A DNA stretch of 64,000 bases from Eledone cirrhosa (lineage: Eukaryota): NCBI GenBank assembly GCA_964016885.1, contig OZ024742.1, positions 73,532,001-73,596,000 of the forward strand, given 5' to 3'. Shown here one piece after another: positions 25,948-39,100 of the stretch (position 1 is its first letter; the number at the start of each line of letters is the position of its first letter). The notes below the pieces were generated by a model. That model saw nothing but the letters and a program-made list of their open reading frames with translations. It was not told where the DNA came from and searched no databases. The translations under genes were made by a program, and so were the position numbers.

Positions 25948-26839
25948 TTAAACCAATCCTTTGTGACCACCCTCTTTTGATCACCATTTGATTATGACCA
26001 CTCATTTGGTGTGACCGCTCCTTTGTAACAACCCTTTGTTGTGACCACTCCCTTGTGACTATTCCCATCTAACTACTTTCCTTGTGATCAATCTAGTTGT
26101 GACCACCACTGATATATTGAATTGATTGAAACTGTCTATAACAATATTAATTAACCTATATAACAATGTTAATGATCACAATTGGGTAATGTGAAGGACA
26201 TCTTTAAAAACTTCCCATTAACATTGAAACAAGTTTGATAGATTTATAGAGATATAGTATTGTGGAATATATCTACCTTGATTTGAAGTCTCGCTGACCT
26301 CATATTAAGTAGGTTAACAACACCAGTCAGGTACCACTTGATTTATATATTGATCTTCTAGAAAGCATCTCAACTACCCATTGATTTTCTGTTTACCATT
26401 GACATTGTATCATGATAATTTGGATGATGTTGAATGTGTGTGTATCATCATATTTCTAATGCAATACATTCTATTTCAATTAATTAATGAAGTTTAAGGG
26501 ATTTACTTAAATTATCATTTCATTACTCAGATAGTAACTTAACATATGTTTTTTATACATTAAATATGTCAGAAGATTTAAAATCTAAATAGGAATCCTT
26601 TTAAATGGGTGTTTTCGATTCATAGAACCAGAGTCGGTTTTGATCATGCTGGTATCAAAGCAAGTGGCATCGATTTTCCCGTGCTGGCATGGATTAGATG
26701 GATCATCATGGACCACATCAATAGATAACATGGGTTTCGTAATTCAAATGTTTATGTGTGACAGCTCACACCTATGCAGGTTTAGCTGGCCTCCTCCAAG
26801 GTATATCTCGTTGGAGGTGTCTTGAGTGATTTAATGATA

Positions 26840-27003
26840 TGGGCCCCAGTCCTATCATCTCATGTCCACAGCTGAGTAAACTGGAGCAACGTGAAATAAA
26901 GTGTCTTGCTCAAGGAAACAACACATCACCCGGTCCGAGAATTGAACTCACAACCTTTCAATTGCAAGCCCAATGCTCTAACCAGTAAGCCATGTGCCTT
27001 CAC
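26840..27003 (-). mobile_element. tRNA-derived SINE with CORE-like segment
   Basis: Minus strand ggcacatggcttactggttagagc..gagttcaattctc..ccttgagcaagacac. Relatives at ~11680-11900, 43040-43230, 5760-5845 and 53300-53460. Confidence 0.7.
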
Positions 27004-27511
27004 TCAAATGTTTGCAGTAGACTAAAGACTTAAAATTTAAATGTGATGCAATTATAGTGCTGTTTTGTACTCAATGTTAAGATTTAATTGTAGTTTCTGT
27101 CATCTCACGTTTTGGTTTTGGCATGTGTCACTACAGCTGGATCCCCTGTCTAATGCCAACCACATTATGGAGTGTGCAGAGTGCATTTCCACATAGCACC
27201 AGAACTAAGGAGGTTGTCATGTTTTTGACACAGCTGGGTGTCCTTTCTATTAACAACCACTTTACAGAGTGTACTACTGGGTGCGTTTTATCATGTCCAC
27301 ACCAACACTAGAGAGGTTATGTCCTTGACACAACTGACGAGCCCTTAGATCCCCTTTTGGAATGATTTCTGCGGCTGGATGCTCTTCCTATCACCAACCA
27401 CTTTACAGAGTATACTGGACACATTTTTCATGGCATATATCATCATCATCATCGTTAAGAAAAACGATGAAGTTTCATTTACATGTATTTAGTTATTTTT
27501 TTATTGTTTAC

Positions 27512-27553
27512 TGACCTGTTACGCACATTTCGCAGAGGACTGCCTCAAGGTCA
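27512..27553 (-). ncRNA. Decayed hammerhead-like motif
   Basis: tgacct..tgag-gcag(tcct)ctgc-GAAA-tgtgcg-UA-acaggtca; the CUGA part of the core is missing. Confidence 0.35.
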
Positions 27554-27631
27554 TCTATAGGGGTTATGGACCTGACTCCATTATCGATCTGTTCTTCAGA
27601 TCCACACACAGACACATCGGCAGGATTTAAA

Positions 27632-27678
<47 letters not shown>

Positions 27679-27691
27679 TCATATATTTAAA

Positions 27692-27729
<38 letters not shown>

Positions 27730-28934
27730 GTGTGTGTATGTGTGTGAACTAAGCAAATGATGTGAATTTTCTTATTCCCACATTTGCACGTTGGCATGTA
27801 CCATGAATCTGGTAAAAATGATTCTCCTTAATTTTTTTGACACAATATTTAATATTGATGTCACTGAATCTTCCAGAAAGAACATTGCCTTTGTAGTTTC
27901 CCTTTTCACTTGTTTCTACAACTCTTTCAATGAACTTTGCTTTAATCTTTATTCATTAACATATTTCTACTTATCATTTGCAAATAATTTTGAAAGTAGT
28001 CATGAAGGAAAAATTTAGTAAATTTCTCATTCATTATTAAGCTGGTATTTAAAAAAAAAAAAAAAATTATACAAAATTATGATGGAAGGCTTTTAGGTAA
28101 ACACTTTAAAAGTTTTGTAACATAGAACCAAGGACTTTTTCATATGGTTTGGTTATGAAAGGATTAGTACATCTGAAGATATGATACTGAATCCATTGTA
28201 TATAATGATGATAACAATGATGATTTTTTAAATTCACATAAGACTGTACTCAATAGATCATGATATCTAGCATGAGCAGTCAGTGTTAAAGAGGAGCTTC
28301 CACACATAGAAACCATGCCAAAAATTTGGACAAAGAAGACATGGTTCCCCGGCCTGTCTAGGAGGGCAGTAGCTCCAAATACGACCGGCTTTGAATGGTA
28401 ACAATCTACAACTCATACCAGCATGTTGGTATGAGTTGTAGATTGTTACCATCATTTTTACATCCACGATTTTAAAATGATGATGTATCTAACAATAATA
28501 AAATATCTATAACTGTTTCATGAATGAAAAACAGATGGTTTGGAATAGTGTGGTGTATCTGAAAGTTTCTTAATCATGTATTATCAACCCATGCTAGCAG
28601 AAAGAAGGTGGGGACATTTTCTGGATGCTGGTATGGGCCAAGTGAAATTTACATCTCAATCAAGAGGTTCCAGTTTCAATTCCACATTGTGGCATATAGG
28701 GCGTTCTTAAGTCAATCCAAGCCATGTGAGTAAAACAGGTAAATATAAACTGTTTGGTGTCTAATCGAGTGGCTTGTACCTGTAATTCAAAGGGGGACAA
28801 CCTTATCACAGTGTAATGTTGAGTTTGCATGCGGGAACAAGTTATTTACTGTAAAATGTAATGCGAAGGTTCTCCATTGATGAAATAACTGAAATATTTT
28901 GTAGCAAAACAATAGCGATGTAGTGTACCATTAT

Positions 28935-29122
28935 TGTTGGATTGGCAGTATCGGTAGAGGGTCGGACGCCATGCTTTGACGCATAGAGTTACGGCCCTTG
29001 CCATTCTGAGTTCAAATCCCGCCGATGTTAACTTTGCCTTTCATCCTTACGGGTTCATAAAATAAAGTACCAGTAATGCACTGGGTAATTGCTGGCTTTG
29101 TGCCAAAAGTAGAAACAATTAT
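28935..29122 (+). mobile_element. tRNA-derived SINE (same family as 13.8-14.5 kb)
   Basis: Full head-to-tail match with B-box gagttcaaatcc. Confidence 0.9.
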
Positions 29123-29175
29123 TATATATATATGTGTTTGTGTAATATACATACACATATGCAAGCATGCACACG

Positions 29176-29255
<80 letters not shown>

Positions 29256-30353
29256 GTATATGTGAGTCCCTGGTTCAAACGTGGGTAACCACAGTAAGGT
29301 GCTCAATACATTAGTAGAGTGTAAACATCAAATTTTATATAGAAATGGCTCCTACAGGGCGCACGCACACGCACTGCGTGTTAGGTGTGTAACTACAGTT
29401 GTAGGCGGCGCGCTGTTCGAATCACTCAATGTTGTTACTGTGTGTGCTTCACTGGCTATTGTGCGGGGTGGAAGTATAATTGATACTCCTTTAGTTGACC
29501 CTCCCAGAAGTATTTAAGATAAAATCAGCTGTGTTGGGTTTCGAACTATCAACACTGAACTAACTAGTAATCCGCTATTCTATTGTTATAGGCTATCTAC
29601 ACCACACCATGGCAGTTAGTCTTATTAGAAGCTTAAATTAGATGACCTTTTACTAAATACTGTAATGTATATAAATCCGTTGTGCGCCCCCCCCCCCCCC
29701 CTCCCGCTTGCTAGAGAATGTTCACTTCATATTATATGTACCCTCCTCATACCCAATAATTTGACCCTCTCACATGTTAATTAGCAATGCAAATGATGGC
29801 TTTGATTGGCCAGTTTTTATTATTTAGGTCAGTTTAAAAAATATATATATATATTTTTTATTAACAATGGGTTGAAGGAAAGTACCTCTGTTAAACCTAA
29901 CACCGACAGTACTTACGTAGACACTCAAGCATAATTTTATAACTTTTCTTTCCACTCCCTTTGTTTAAAACTTTTACATACACACGCACGCGCGCCTGTA
30001 TTTGTTTTCTTTTTTCGTCATCTGTCGTTGGACTGCGGATATTCTGGGGCACATCGTAGATTTTATCCACTCCAGATATTTTGTCTGCTACATATTCCTC
30101 CTACACTTATTTTTTGGTTACGTTGAGCCGAGTTACATAAACTACATATATATGTAATGTACATGTGTATTTGTGTGTGTGTATATATATATATATATAC
30201 ATATACATACACACACACCCACACCCATCCATACTATGATACGTATATGTGCTGCATGTATGTATGTGGTTTGTTTCAGCCACCAGTTCTAAAGTAAGGC
30301 TGGAACACCGAGTGTGTTGTGCGTGTATATTTATGTATATATGAATATATACG

Positions 30354-30395
<42 letters not shown>

Positions 30396-30559
30396 CTCTG
30401 TGTGTGTGTGTGTCCGTATGTGGTTGATGGCTGAGAGACAGGAGTACTCAATACCGAATTAGAGTTTTAATATTCATTATTATTAAGGCTAAAAAGCGAG
30501 TCTTGTTACTCTGGAGATATAGATATAGATGCATACACACACATCTGTATAGATATAAA

Positions 30560-30740
30560 TAATTGTTTCTACTTTAGGCACAAGGCCAGCAATTACTCAG
30601 TTCATTACTGGTACTTTATTTTATCGACCCCGTAAGGATGAAAGGCAAAGTCAACCTCGGCGGGACTTGAACTCAGATCGTAAAGGGACGTAACTATGCT
30701 GGAAAGCATGGCGTCCGACCCTCTACCGATACTGCCAAAT
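30560..30740 (-). mobile_element. tRNA-derived SINE (same family)
   Basis: Reverse complement of the family consensus; nearly identical to 63335-63520. Confidence 0.9.
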
Positions 30741-31649
30741 AAATAATGTAAACATATATATATATATATATAAAATTCAATCAGAAGAGTTCTGTTAGTG
30801 TAACACTATGCACAGTTGTTGGAGTTGCTTGTTTATATCGGGTTTGGATTGATATGGAATGAAGTGTAGTGGGTTGTTGTACAGGAAGTGGGTGTGGTGG
30901 CGGTGGTGTAGTAATGGTGTTGTTGTTGTTGTGGTGGTGGTGGTGGTGGTGATGGTGCAGTAGTGGTAGCGTTGTGGTGGTGTAGTAGTGGTAGCAGTGT
31001 TGTTGATAGAGGCAGTAGTGGTGATGGTAAAGATATAGAGAGAGGAAGAACAGGATGAAGGTGGGGTGGTGGATAGTTGGTGACTGGTTGAGCAGCCTCT
31101 AGTCAGCTGAAAAGATTGCTAGCTTGCTACCTAGTCAGCAAGCTAACAATAGCTCCTGATCTCTTCTTGCTGGCAATTATTTTTAGCTGGGCACACACTC
31201 ACACACACATTTATATACATGTAATATTTCAATCTCTCTTTCTCCTACAAACACATACACACACACACGTACATATATATTGGATATACAAAATGAAGGC
31301 AAGCATACACAATATATGTAGTAGATTTTATTTATTAGTTAAAAACTGGTGATTCACTTTGTGTGACCCTTTATGTGACAAAAAGTCAATTGTGTATGTG
31401 AGAATGGCTTCATTATGGTGTGTGAATTACAAAGTGAAAAATATTCAAGAAGCCTTAGAGTAGAAATAATATTTATCAGAGCTGAGTGTGTTGCTACTCA
31501 GAGTTTAGAGAGTAATTAGGCTCTATTTACAAGAGAGGGCTCAATATAATAAAGGATATCTGACCTTAGATAAAGCCACTGGTCATTGTCATACACTGGA
31601 TCTTCCAAGCCCCACATGATGTTTGCGTGTATGTATGCACACATGTATC

Positions 31650-32370
31650 ATCAAGTTTTCGGAACTAGTGCAGCTCATTGTTGGGGTGCAACTCTTGATA
31701 CATTTACAGTCAGCACCCTCTACTGACCTTTATCCTCCGTCATTCACAAGGAGTTGCAGTGTTGTGATCTGTCCACTTCTTGGTGTTGTTTAGACCATGA
31801 TTTTCTTTGTCTGTCTCTTTATCCTCCTTCAACTATGCTCTGGAGAATAGTTTTGGATAGGGAGTTGCGGCAGAATATGTGGCCGTATCAGACAAGCTCC
31901 AATTATTTGACCGGTGGAATGGCAGTATCGGTAGAGGGTTGGACGTCATGCTTTGCAGCAAAGAGTTATGGCCCTTTATGGTCTGAGTTCAAATCCCACC
32001 GAGGTTAACTTTGCCTTTCATCCTTACGGGGTTGATAAAATAAAGCACCAGTAATACACTGGGATAATTGCTGGCCTTGTTGCAAATGTAGAAACAATTA
32101 TTTGACTCTGTTTTTATAGTGGTTCCTGCATATTTACTGTCTTGCTGTTTGACAAAACTGTCTTGTGCTGTGTATGGGATGCATAGCAACTTTCCGAAAC
32201 ACTTGTGCCTGGCTTCTATGTTCGATGTCGTAAAAGAAAGATCTAAAGTCATGAATGACTTGTACAGTTTGAGATTTGTTGGTAAACTGATGGAGTAGTT
32301 TTTCCATATGATGTTCAGCTTCCTTATAGCAGCAAAGTCCAGGCTGTCTTGTCAATATTTTCTTAAGTGA
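31650..32370 (-). mobile_element. Old RTE-type 3' fragment interrupted by a plus-strand SINE (31910-32102)
   Basis: Peptide EARHKCFGKLLCIPYTAQDSFVKQQ..AG resembles FE..C.RK.L.I.Y; decayed downstream RTE C-terminal sequence lies at 31650-31900. Confidence 0.55.
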
Positions 32371-32620
32371 GCTGCCTTCCTTGTGTATGTTAGGTGGCTA
32401 GCGATAGGAAGGGCATCCATCTGTAGAAACCATGCCAACAAAGGGACGAGAGGACTCTTCAGTTGTGTTAAGGGCATGATAACCTCACTGTGTTGGTGAC
32501 ACAATAAAACACAGCCAATATACTCAGTAAAGTTGGTGATAAAAAGGGCATCCGGCCTATATATATATATATGCATATATGCACACACACACACGTGTGT
32601 GTGGGTATATATATATATAT

Positions 32621-32811
32621 AACAAAGGAATTGTGGTAAGGAACCAGATGGGCCATAACGCACCAGAGTACTCAATACTTAGGGTAGTAGAGTGGGAAAA
32701 AGTATGACCCCGACGGCAGAGCTCAAGCCGTTTCGACTACTATTTCTGGAAATAGTCCAGAAATAGCCGCCGAAATGGTTTGAGCTCTGCCGTCGGGATC
32801 ATACTTTTTCC
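32621..32811. mobile_element. Hammerhead-family element, fold-back copy (family A)
   Basis: Same leader as 5447; inverted repeat 32695-32811; flanked by (TA)n. Confidence 0.75.
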
Positions 32812-32942
32812 TATATAAATATATATATATATATATATAGTCGCATATATATATATACTTTTTCCTATATATATATATATATAGTCGCATATATGTTATA
32901 GAATACTATTAGCTTCTCGCTAAAACAATCTCTATACCTCTC

Positions 32943-32979
<37 letters not shown>

Positions 32980-33124
32980 CAATATATTTCAACAATCTTT
33001 GCAGTTTCATATAACTTTTTTAATTATTCTTTTGAAATGTGGTAGAAGTAGAAAGTTTGTTTTTATGATAGTTCATATTTAATCAATACAACATTGCATC
33101 AGCCACTGACTTATGGATCACTTC

Positions 33125-36100
33125 CTCTCTCTTTCTCTAGCTACAACTCTCTCTCTCTTTCTCTCTAGCTACAGTTATCTCTCTATCTCTAGCTACAGCT
33201 CTGTCTCTATCTCTAGCTACAATTCTGTCTCTATCTCTAGCTACAATTCTGTCTCTATCTCTATCTCTAGCTACAGTTATCTCTCTCTATCTCTAGCTAC
33301 AGTTCTCTCTCTATCTCTAGCTACAGTTCTGTCTCTTATCTCTATCTACAGTTCTGTCTCTATCTCTAGCTACAATTCTGTCTCTATCTCTAGCTACAGT
33401 TCTATCTCTAGCTACAGCTCTGTCTCTATCTCTAGCTACAGTTCTGTCTCTATCTCTAGCTACAGTTCTGTCTCTATCTCTAGCTACAGTTCTGTCTCTA
33501 TCTCTAGCTACAGCTCTGTCTCTATCTCTAGCTACAGTTCTGTCTCTCTATCTCTAGCTACAGTTCTGTCTCTATCTCTAGCTACAGTTCTGTCTCTCTA
33601 TCTCTAGCTACAGTCCTGTCTCTATCTCTAGCTACAGTTCTGTCTCTATCTCTAGCTACAGTTCTATCTCTATCTCTAGCTACAGTTCTGTCTCTATCTC
33701 TAGCTACAGTTCTCTCTCTCTCTATCTCTAGCTACAGTTCTCTCTCTATCTCTAGCTACAATTCTGTCTCTATCTCTAGCTACAGCTCTGTCTCTATCTC
33801 TAGCTACAATTCTGTCTCTATCTCTAGCTACAATTCTGTCTCTATCTCTATCTCTAGCTACAGTTCTGTCTCTATCTCTAGCTACAATTCTGTCTCTATC
33901 TCTATCTACAGTTCTGTCTCTATCTCTAGCTACAGTTATCTCTCTCTATCTCTAGCTACAGTTCTGTCTCTTATCTCTAGCTACAGTTCTGTCTCTATCT
34001 CTAGCTACAGTTCTGTCTCTATCTCTATCTACAGTTCTGTCTCTATCTCTAGCTACAGTTCTGTCTCTCTATCTCTAGCTACAGTTCTGTCTCTTATCTC
34101 TAGCTACAGTTCTGTCTCTCTATCTCTAGCTACAGTTGTCTCTTATCTCTAGCTACAGTTCTGTCTCTTATCTCTATCTACAATTCTGTCTCTTATCTCT
34201 ATCTACAGTTCTGTCTCTATCTCTAGCTACAGTTCTGTCTCTCTTATCTCTAGCTACAGTTCTGTCTCTTATCTCTATCTACAATTCTGTCTCTTATCTC
34301 TATCTACAATTCTGTCTCTATCTCTAGCTACAGTTCTGTCTCTATCTCTAGCTACAGCTCTGTCTCTATCTCTAGCTACAATTCTGTCTCTATCTCTATC
34401 TCTAGCTACAGTTCTGTCTCTATCTCTAGCTACAATTCTGTCTCTATCTCTATCTACAGTTCTGTCTCTATCTCTAGCTACAGTTATCTCTCTCTATCTC
34501 TAGCTACAGTTCTGTCTCTTATCTCTAGCTACAGTTCTGTCTCTTATCTCTAGCTACAGTTCTGTCTCTATCTTTAGCTACAGTTCTGTCTCTATCTCTA
34601 GCTACAGTTCTGTCTCTATCTCTAGCTACAGCTCTGTCTCTATCTCTAGCTACAGTTCTGTCTCTATCTCTAGCTACAGTTCTGTCTCTATCTCTAGCTA
34701 CAGTTCTGTCTCTATCTCTAGCTACAGTTCTGTCTCTATTTCTAGCTACAATTCTGTCTCTATTTCTAGCTACAGTTCTCTCTCTTATCTCTATCTACAA
34801 TTCTATCTCTATCTCTAGCTACAGTTCTGTCTCTCTATCTCTAGCTACAGTTCTGTCTCTATCTCTAGCTACAGTTCTGTCTCTATCTTTAGCTACAGTT
34901 CTGTCTCTATCTCTAGCTACAGTTCTGTCTCTATCTTTAGCTACAATTCTGTTTCTATCTCTAGCTGCAGTTATGTCTCTATCTCTAGCTACAGTTATCT
35001 CTCTATCTCTAGCTACAGTTCTGTCTCTATCTCTAGCTACAGTTATCTCTCTATCTCTAGCTACAGTTCTGTCTCTATCTTTAGCTACAGTTCTGTCTCT
35101 CTATCTCTAGCTACAGTCCTGTCTCTATCTCTAGCTACAGTTCTGTCTCTATCTCTAGCTACAGTTCTGTCTCTATCTCTAGCTACAGCTCTGTCTCTAT
35201 CTCTAGCTACAGTTCTGTCTCTATCTCTAGCTACAGTTCTGTCTCTACAGTTCTGTCTCTCTATCTCTCGCTACAGTCCTGTCTCTATCTCTAGCTACAG
35301 TTCTGTCTCTATCTCTAGCTACAGTTCTGTCTCTATCTCTAGCTACAGCTCTGTCTCTATCTCTAGCTACAGTTCTGTCTCTATCTCTAGCTACAGTTCT
35401 GTCTCTATCTCTAGCTACAGTGCTCTCTCTATCTCTAGCTACAATTCTGTCTCTATCTCTAGCTACAGTCCTGTCTCTATCTCTAGCTACAGTTCTGTCT
35501 CTATCTCTAGCTACAGTTCTGTCTCTTATCTCTATCTACAGTTCTGTCTCTATCTCTAGCTACAATTCTGTCTCTATCTCTAGCTACAGTTCTATCTCTA
35601 GCTACAGCTCTGTCTCTATCTCTAGCTACAGTTCTGTCTCTATCTCTAGCTACAGTTCTGTCTCTATCTCTAGCTACAGTTCTGTCTCTATCTCTAGCTA
35701 CAGCTCTGTCTCTATCTCTAGCTACAGTTCTGTCTCTCTATCTCTAGCTACAGTTCTGTCTCTATCTCTAGCTACAGTTCTGTCTCTCTATCTCTAGCTA
35801 CAGTCCTGTCTCTATCTCTAGCTACAGTTCTGTCTCTATCTCTAGCTACAGTTCTATCTCTATCTCTAGCTACAGTTCTGTCTCTATCTCTAGCTACAGT
35901 TCTCTCTCTCTCTATCTCTAGCTACAGTTCTCTCTCTATCTCTAGCTACAATTCTGTCTCTATCTCTAGCTACAGCTCTGTCTCTATCTCTAGCTACAAT
36001 TCTGTCTCTATCTCTAGCTACAATTCTGTCTCTATCTCTATCTCTAGCTACAGTTCTGTCTCTATCTCTAGCTACAATTCTGTCTCTATCTCTATCTACA

Positions 36101-39100
36101 GTTCTGTCTCTATCTCTAGCTACAGTTATCTCTCTCTATCTCTAGCTACAGTTCTGTCTCTTATCTCTAGCTACAGTTCTGTCTCTATCTCTAGCTACAG
36201 TTCTGTCTCTATCTCTATCTACAGTTCTGTCTCTATCTCTAGCTACAGTTCTGTCTCTCTATCTCTAGCTACAGTTCTGTCTCTTATCTCTAGCTACAGT
36301 TCTGTCTCTCTATCTCTAGCTACAGTTGTCTCTTATCTCTAGCTACAGTTCTGTCTCTTATCTCTATCTACAATTCTGTCTCTTATCTCTATCTACAGTT
36401 CTGTCTCTATCTCTAGCTACAGTTCTGTCTCTCTTATCTCTAGCTACAGTTCTGTCTCTTATCTCTATCTACAATTCTGTCTCTTATCTCTATCTACAAT
36501 TCTGTCTCTATCTCTAGCTACAGTTCTGTCTCTATCTCTAGCTACAGCTCTGTCTCTATCTCTAGCTACAATTCTGTCTCTATCTCTATCTCTAGCTACA
36601 GTTCTGTCTCTATCTCTAGCTACAATTCTGTCTCTATCTCTATCTACAGTTCTGTCTCTATCTCTAGCTACAGTTATCTCTCTCTATCTCTAGCTACAGT
36701 TCTGTCTCTTATCTCTAGCTACAGTTCTGTCTCTTATCTCTAGCTACAGTTCTGTCTCTATCTTTAGCTACAGTTCTGTCTCTATCTCTAGCTACAGTTC
36801 TGTCTCTATCTCTAGCTACAGCTCTGTCTCTATCTCTAGCTACAGTTCTGTCTCTATCTCTAGCTACAGTTCTGTCTCTATCTCTAGCTACAGTTCTGTC
36901 TCTATCTCTAGCTACAGTTCTGTCTCTATTTCTAGCTACAATTCTGTCTCTATTTCTAGCTACAGTTCTCTCTCTTATCTCTATCTACAATTCTATCTCT
37001 ATCTCTAGCTACAGTTCTGTCTCTCTATCTCTAGCTACAGTTCTGTCTCTATCTCTAGCTACAGTTCTGTCTCTATCTTTAGCTACAGTTCTGTCTCTAT
37101 CTCTAGCTACAGTTCTGTCTCTATCTTTAGCTACAATTCTGTTTCTATCTCTAGCTGCAGTTATGTCTCTATCTCTAGCTACAGTTATCTCTCTATCTCT
37201 AGCTACAGTTCTGTCTCTATCTCTAGCTACAGTTATCTCTCTATCTCTAGCTACAGTTCTGTCTCTATCTTTAGCTACAGTTCTGTCTCTCTATCTCTAG
37301 CTACAGTCCTGTCTCTATCTCTAGCTACAGTTCTGTCTCTATCTCTAGCTACAGTTCTGTCTCTATCTCTAGCTACAGCTCTGTCTCTATCTCTAGCTAC
37401 AGTTCTGTCTCTATCTCTAGCTACAGTTCTGTCTCTACAGTTCTGTCTCTCTATCTCTCGCTACAGTCCTGTCTCTATCTCTAGCTACAGTTCTGTCTCT
37501 ATCTCTAGCTACAGTTCTGTCTCTATCTCTAGCTACAGCTCTGTCTCTATCTCTAGCTACAGTTCTGTCTCTATCTCTAGCTACAGTTCTGTCTCTATCT
37601 CTAGCTACAGTGCTCTCTCTATCTCTAGCTACAATTCTGTCTCTATCTCTAGCTACAGTCCTGTCTCTATCTCTAGCTACAGTTCTGTCTCTATCTCTAG
37701 CTACAGTTCTGTCTCTTATCTCTAGCTACAGTTCTCTCTCTTATCTCTATCTACAATTCTCTTTCTATCTCTAGCTACAATTCTATCTCTATCTCTAGCT
37801 ACAGTTCTGTCTCTATCTCTAGCTACAATTCTGTTTCTATCTCTAGCTACAGTTCTGTCTCTATCTCTAGCTACAATTCTATCTCTATCTACAGTTCTCT
37901 CTCTATCTCTAGCTACAGTTCTGTCTCTATCTCTAGCTACAATTCTGTTTCTATCTCTAGCTACAGTTCTGTCTCTATCTCTAGCTACAATTCTATCTCT
38001 ATCTCTAGCTACAGTTCTGTCTCTATCTCTAGCTACAATTCTGTTTCTATCTCTAGCTACAGTTCTGTCTCTATCTCTAGCTACAATTCTATCTCTATCT
38101 CTAGCTACAGTTCTGTCTCTATCTCTAGCTACAATTCTGTTTCTATCTCTAGCTACAGTCCTGCCTCTATCTCTAGCTACAGTTCTGTCTCTATCTCTAG
38201 CTACAGTTCTCTCTCTATCTCTAGCTACAGTTCTGTCTCTATCTCTAGCTACAATTCTATCTCTATCTCTAATTACAGCTCTGTCTCTATCTCTAGCTAC
38301 AGTTCTGTCTCTATCTCTAGCTACAGTTCTGTCTCTATCTCTAGCTACAATTCTATCTCTATCTCTAGCTACAGTTCTGTCCCTATCTCTAGCAACAGCT
38401 CTGTCTCTATCTCTAGCTACAGTTATGTCTCTAGCTACAGTTCTGTCTCTATCTCTAGCTACAATTCTATCTCTATCTCTAGCTACAGTTCTGTCTCTAT
38501 CTCTAGCTACAATTCTGTTTCTATCTCTAGCTACAGTCCTGTCTCTATCTCTAGCTACAGTTCTGTCTCTATCTCTAGCTACAATTCTATCTCTATCTCT
38601 AGCTACAGTTCTGTCTCTATCTCTAGCTACAATTCTGTTTCTATCTCTAGCTACAGTTCTGTCTCTATCTCTAGCTACAATTCTATCTCTATCTCTAGCT
38701 ACAATTCTATCTCTATCTCTAGCTACAGTTCTGTCTCTATCTCTAGCTACAATTCTATCTCTATCTACAGTTCTCTCTCTATCTCTAGCTACAGTTCTGT
38801 CTCTATCTCTAGCTACAATTCTGTTTCTATCTCTAGCTACAGTTCTGTCTCTATCTCTAGCTACAATTCTATCTCTATCTCTAGCTACAGTTCTGTCTCT
38901 ATCTCTAGCTACAATTCTGTTTCTATCTCTAGCTACAGTTCTGTCTCTATCTCTAGCTACAATTCTATCTCTATCTCTAGCTACAGTTCTGTCTCTATCT
39001 CTAGCTACAATTCTGTTTCTATCTCTAGCTACAGTTCTGTCTCTATCTCTAGCTACAATTCTGTTTCTATCTCTAACTACAGTCCTGTCTCTATCTCTAG

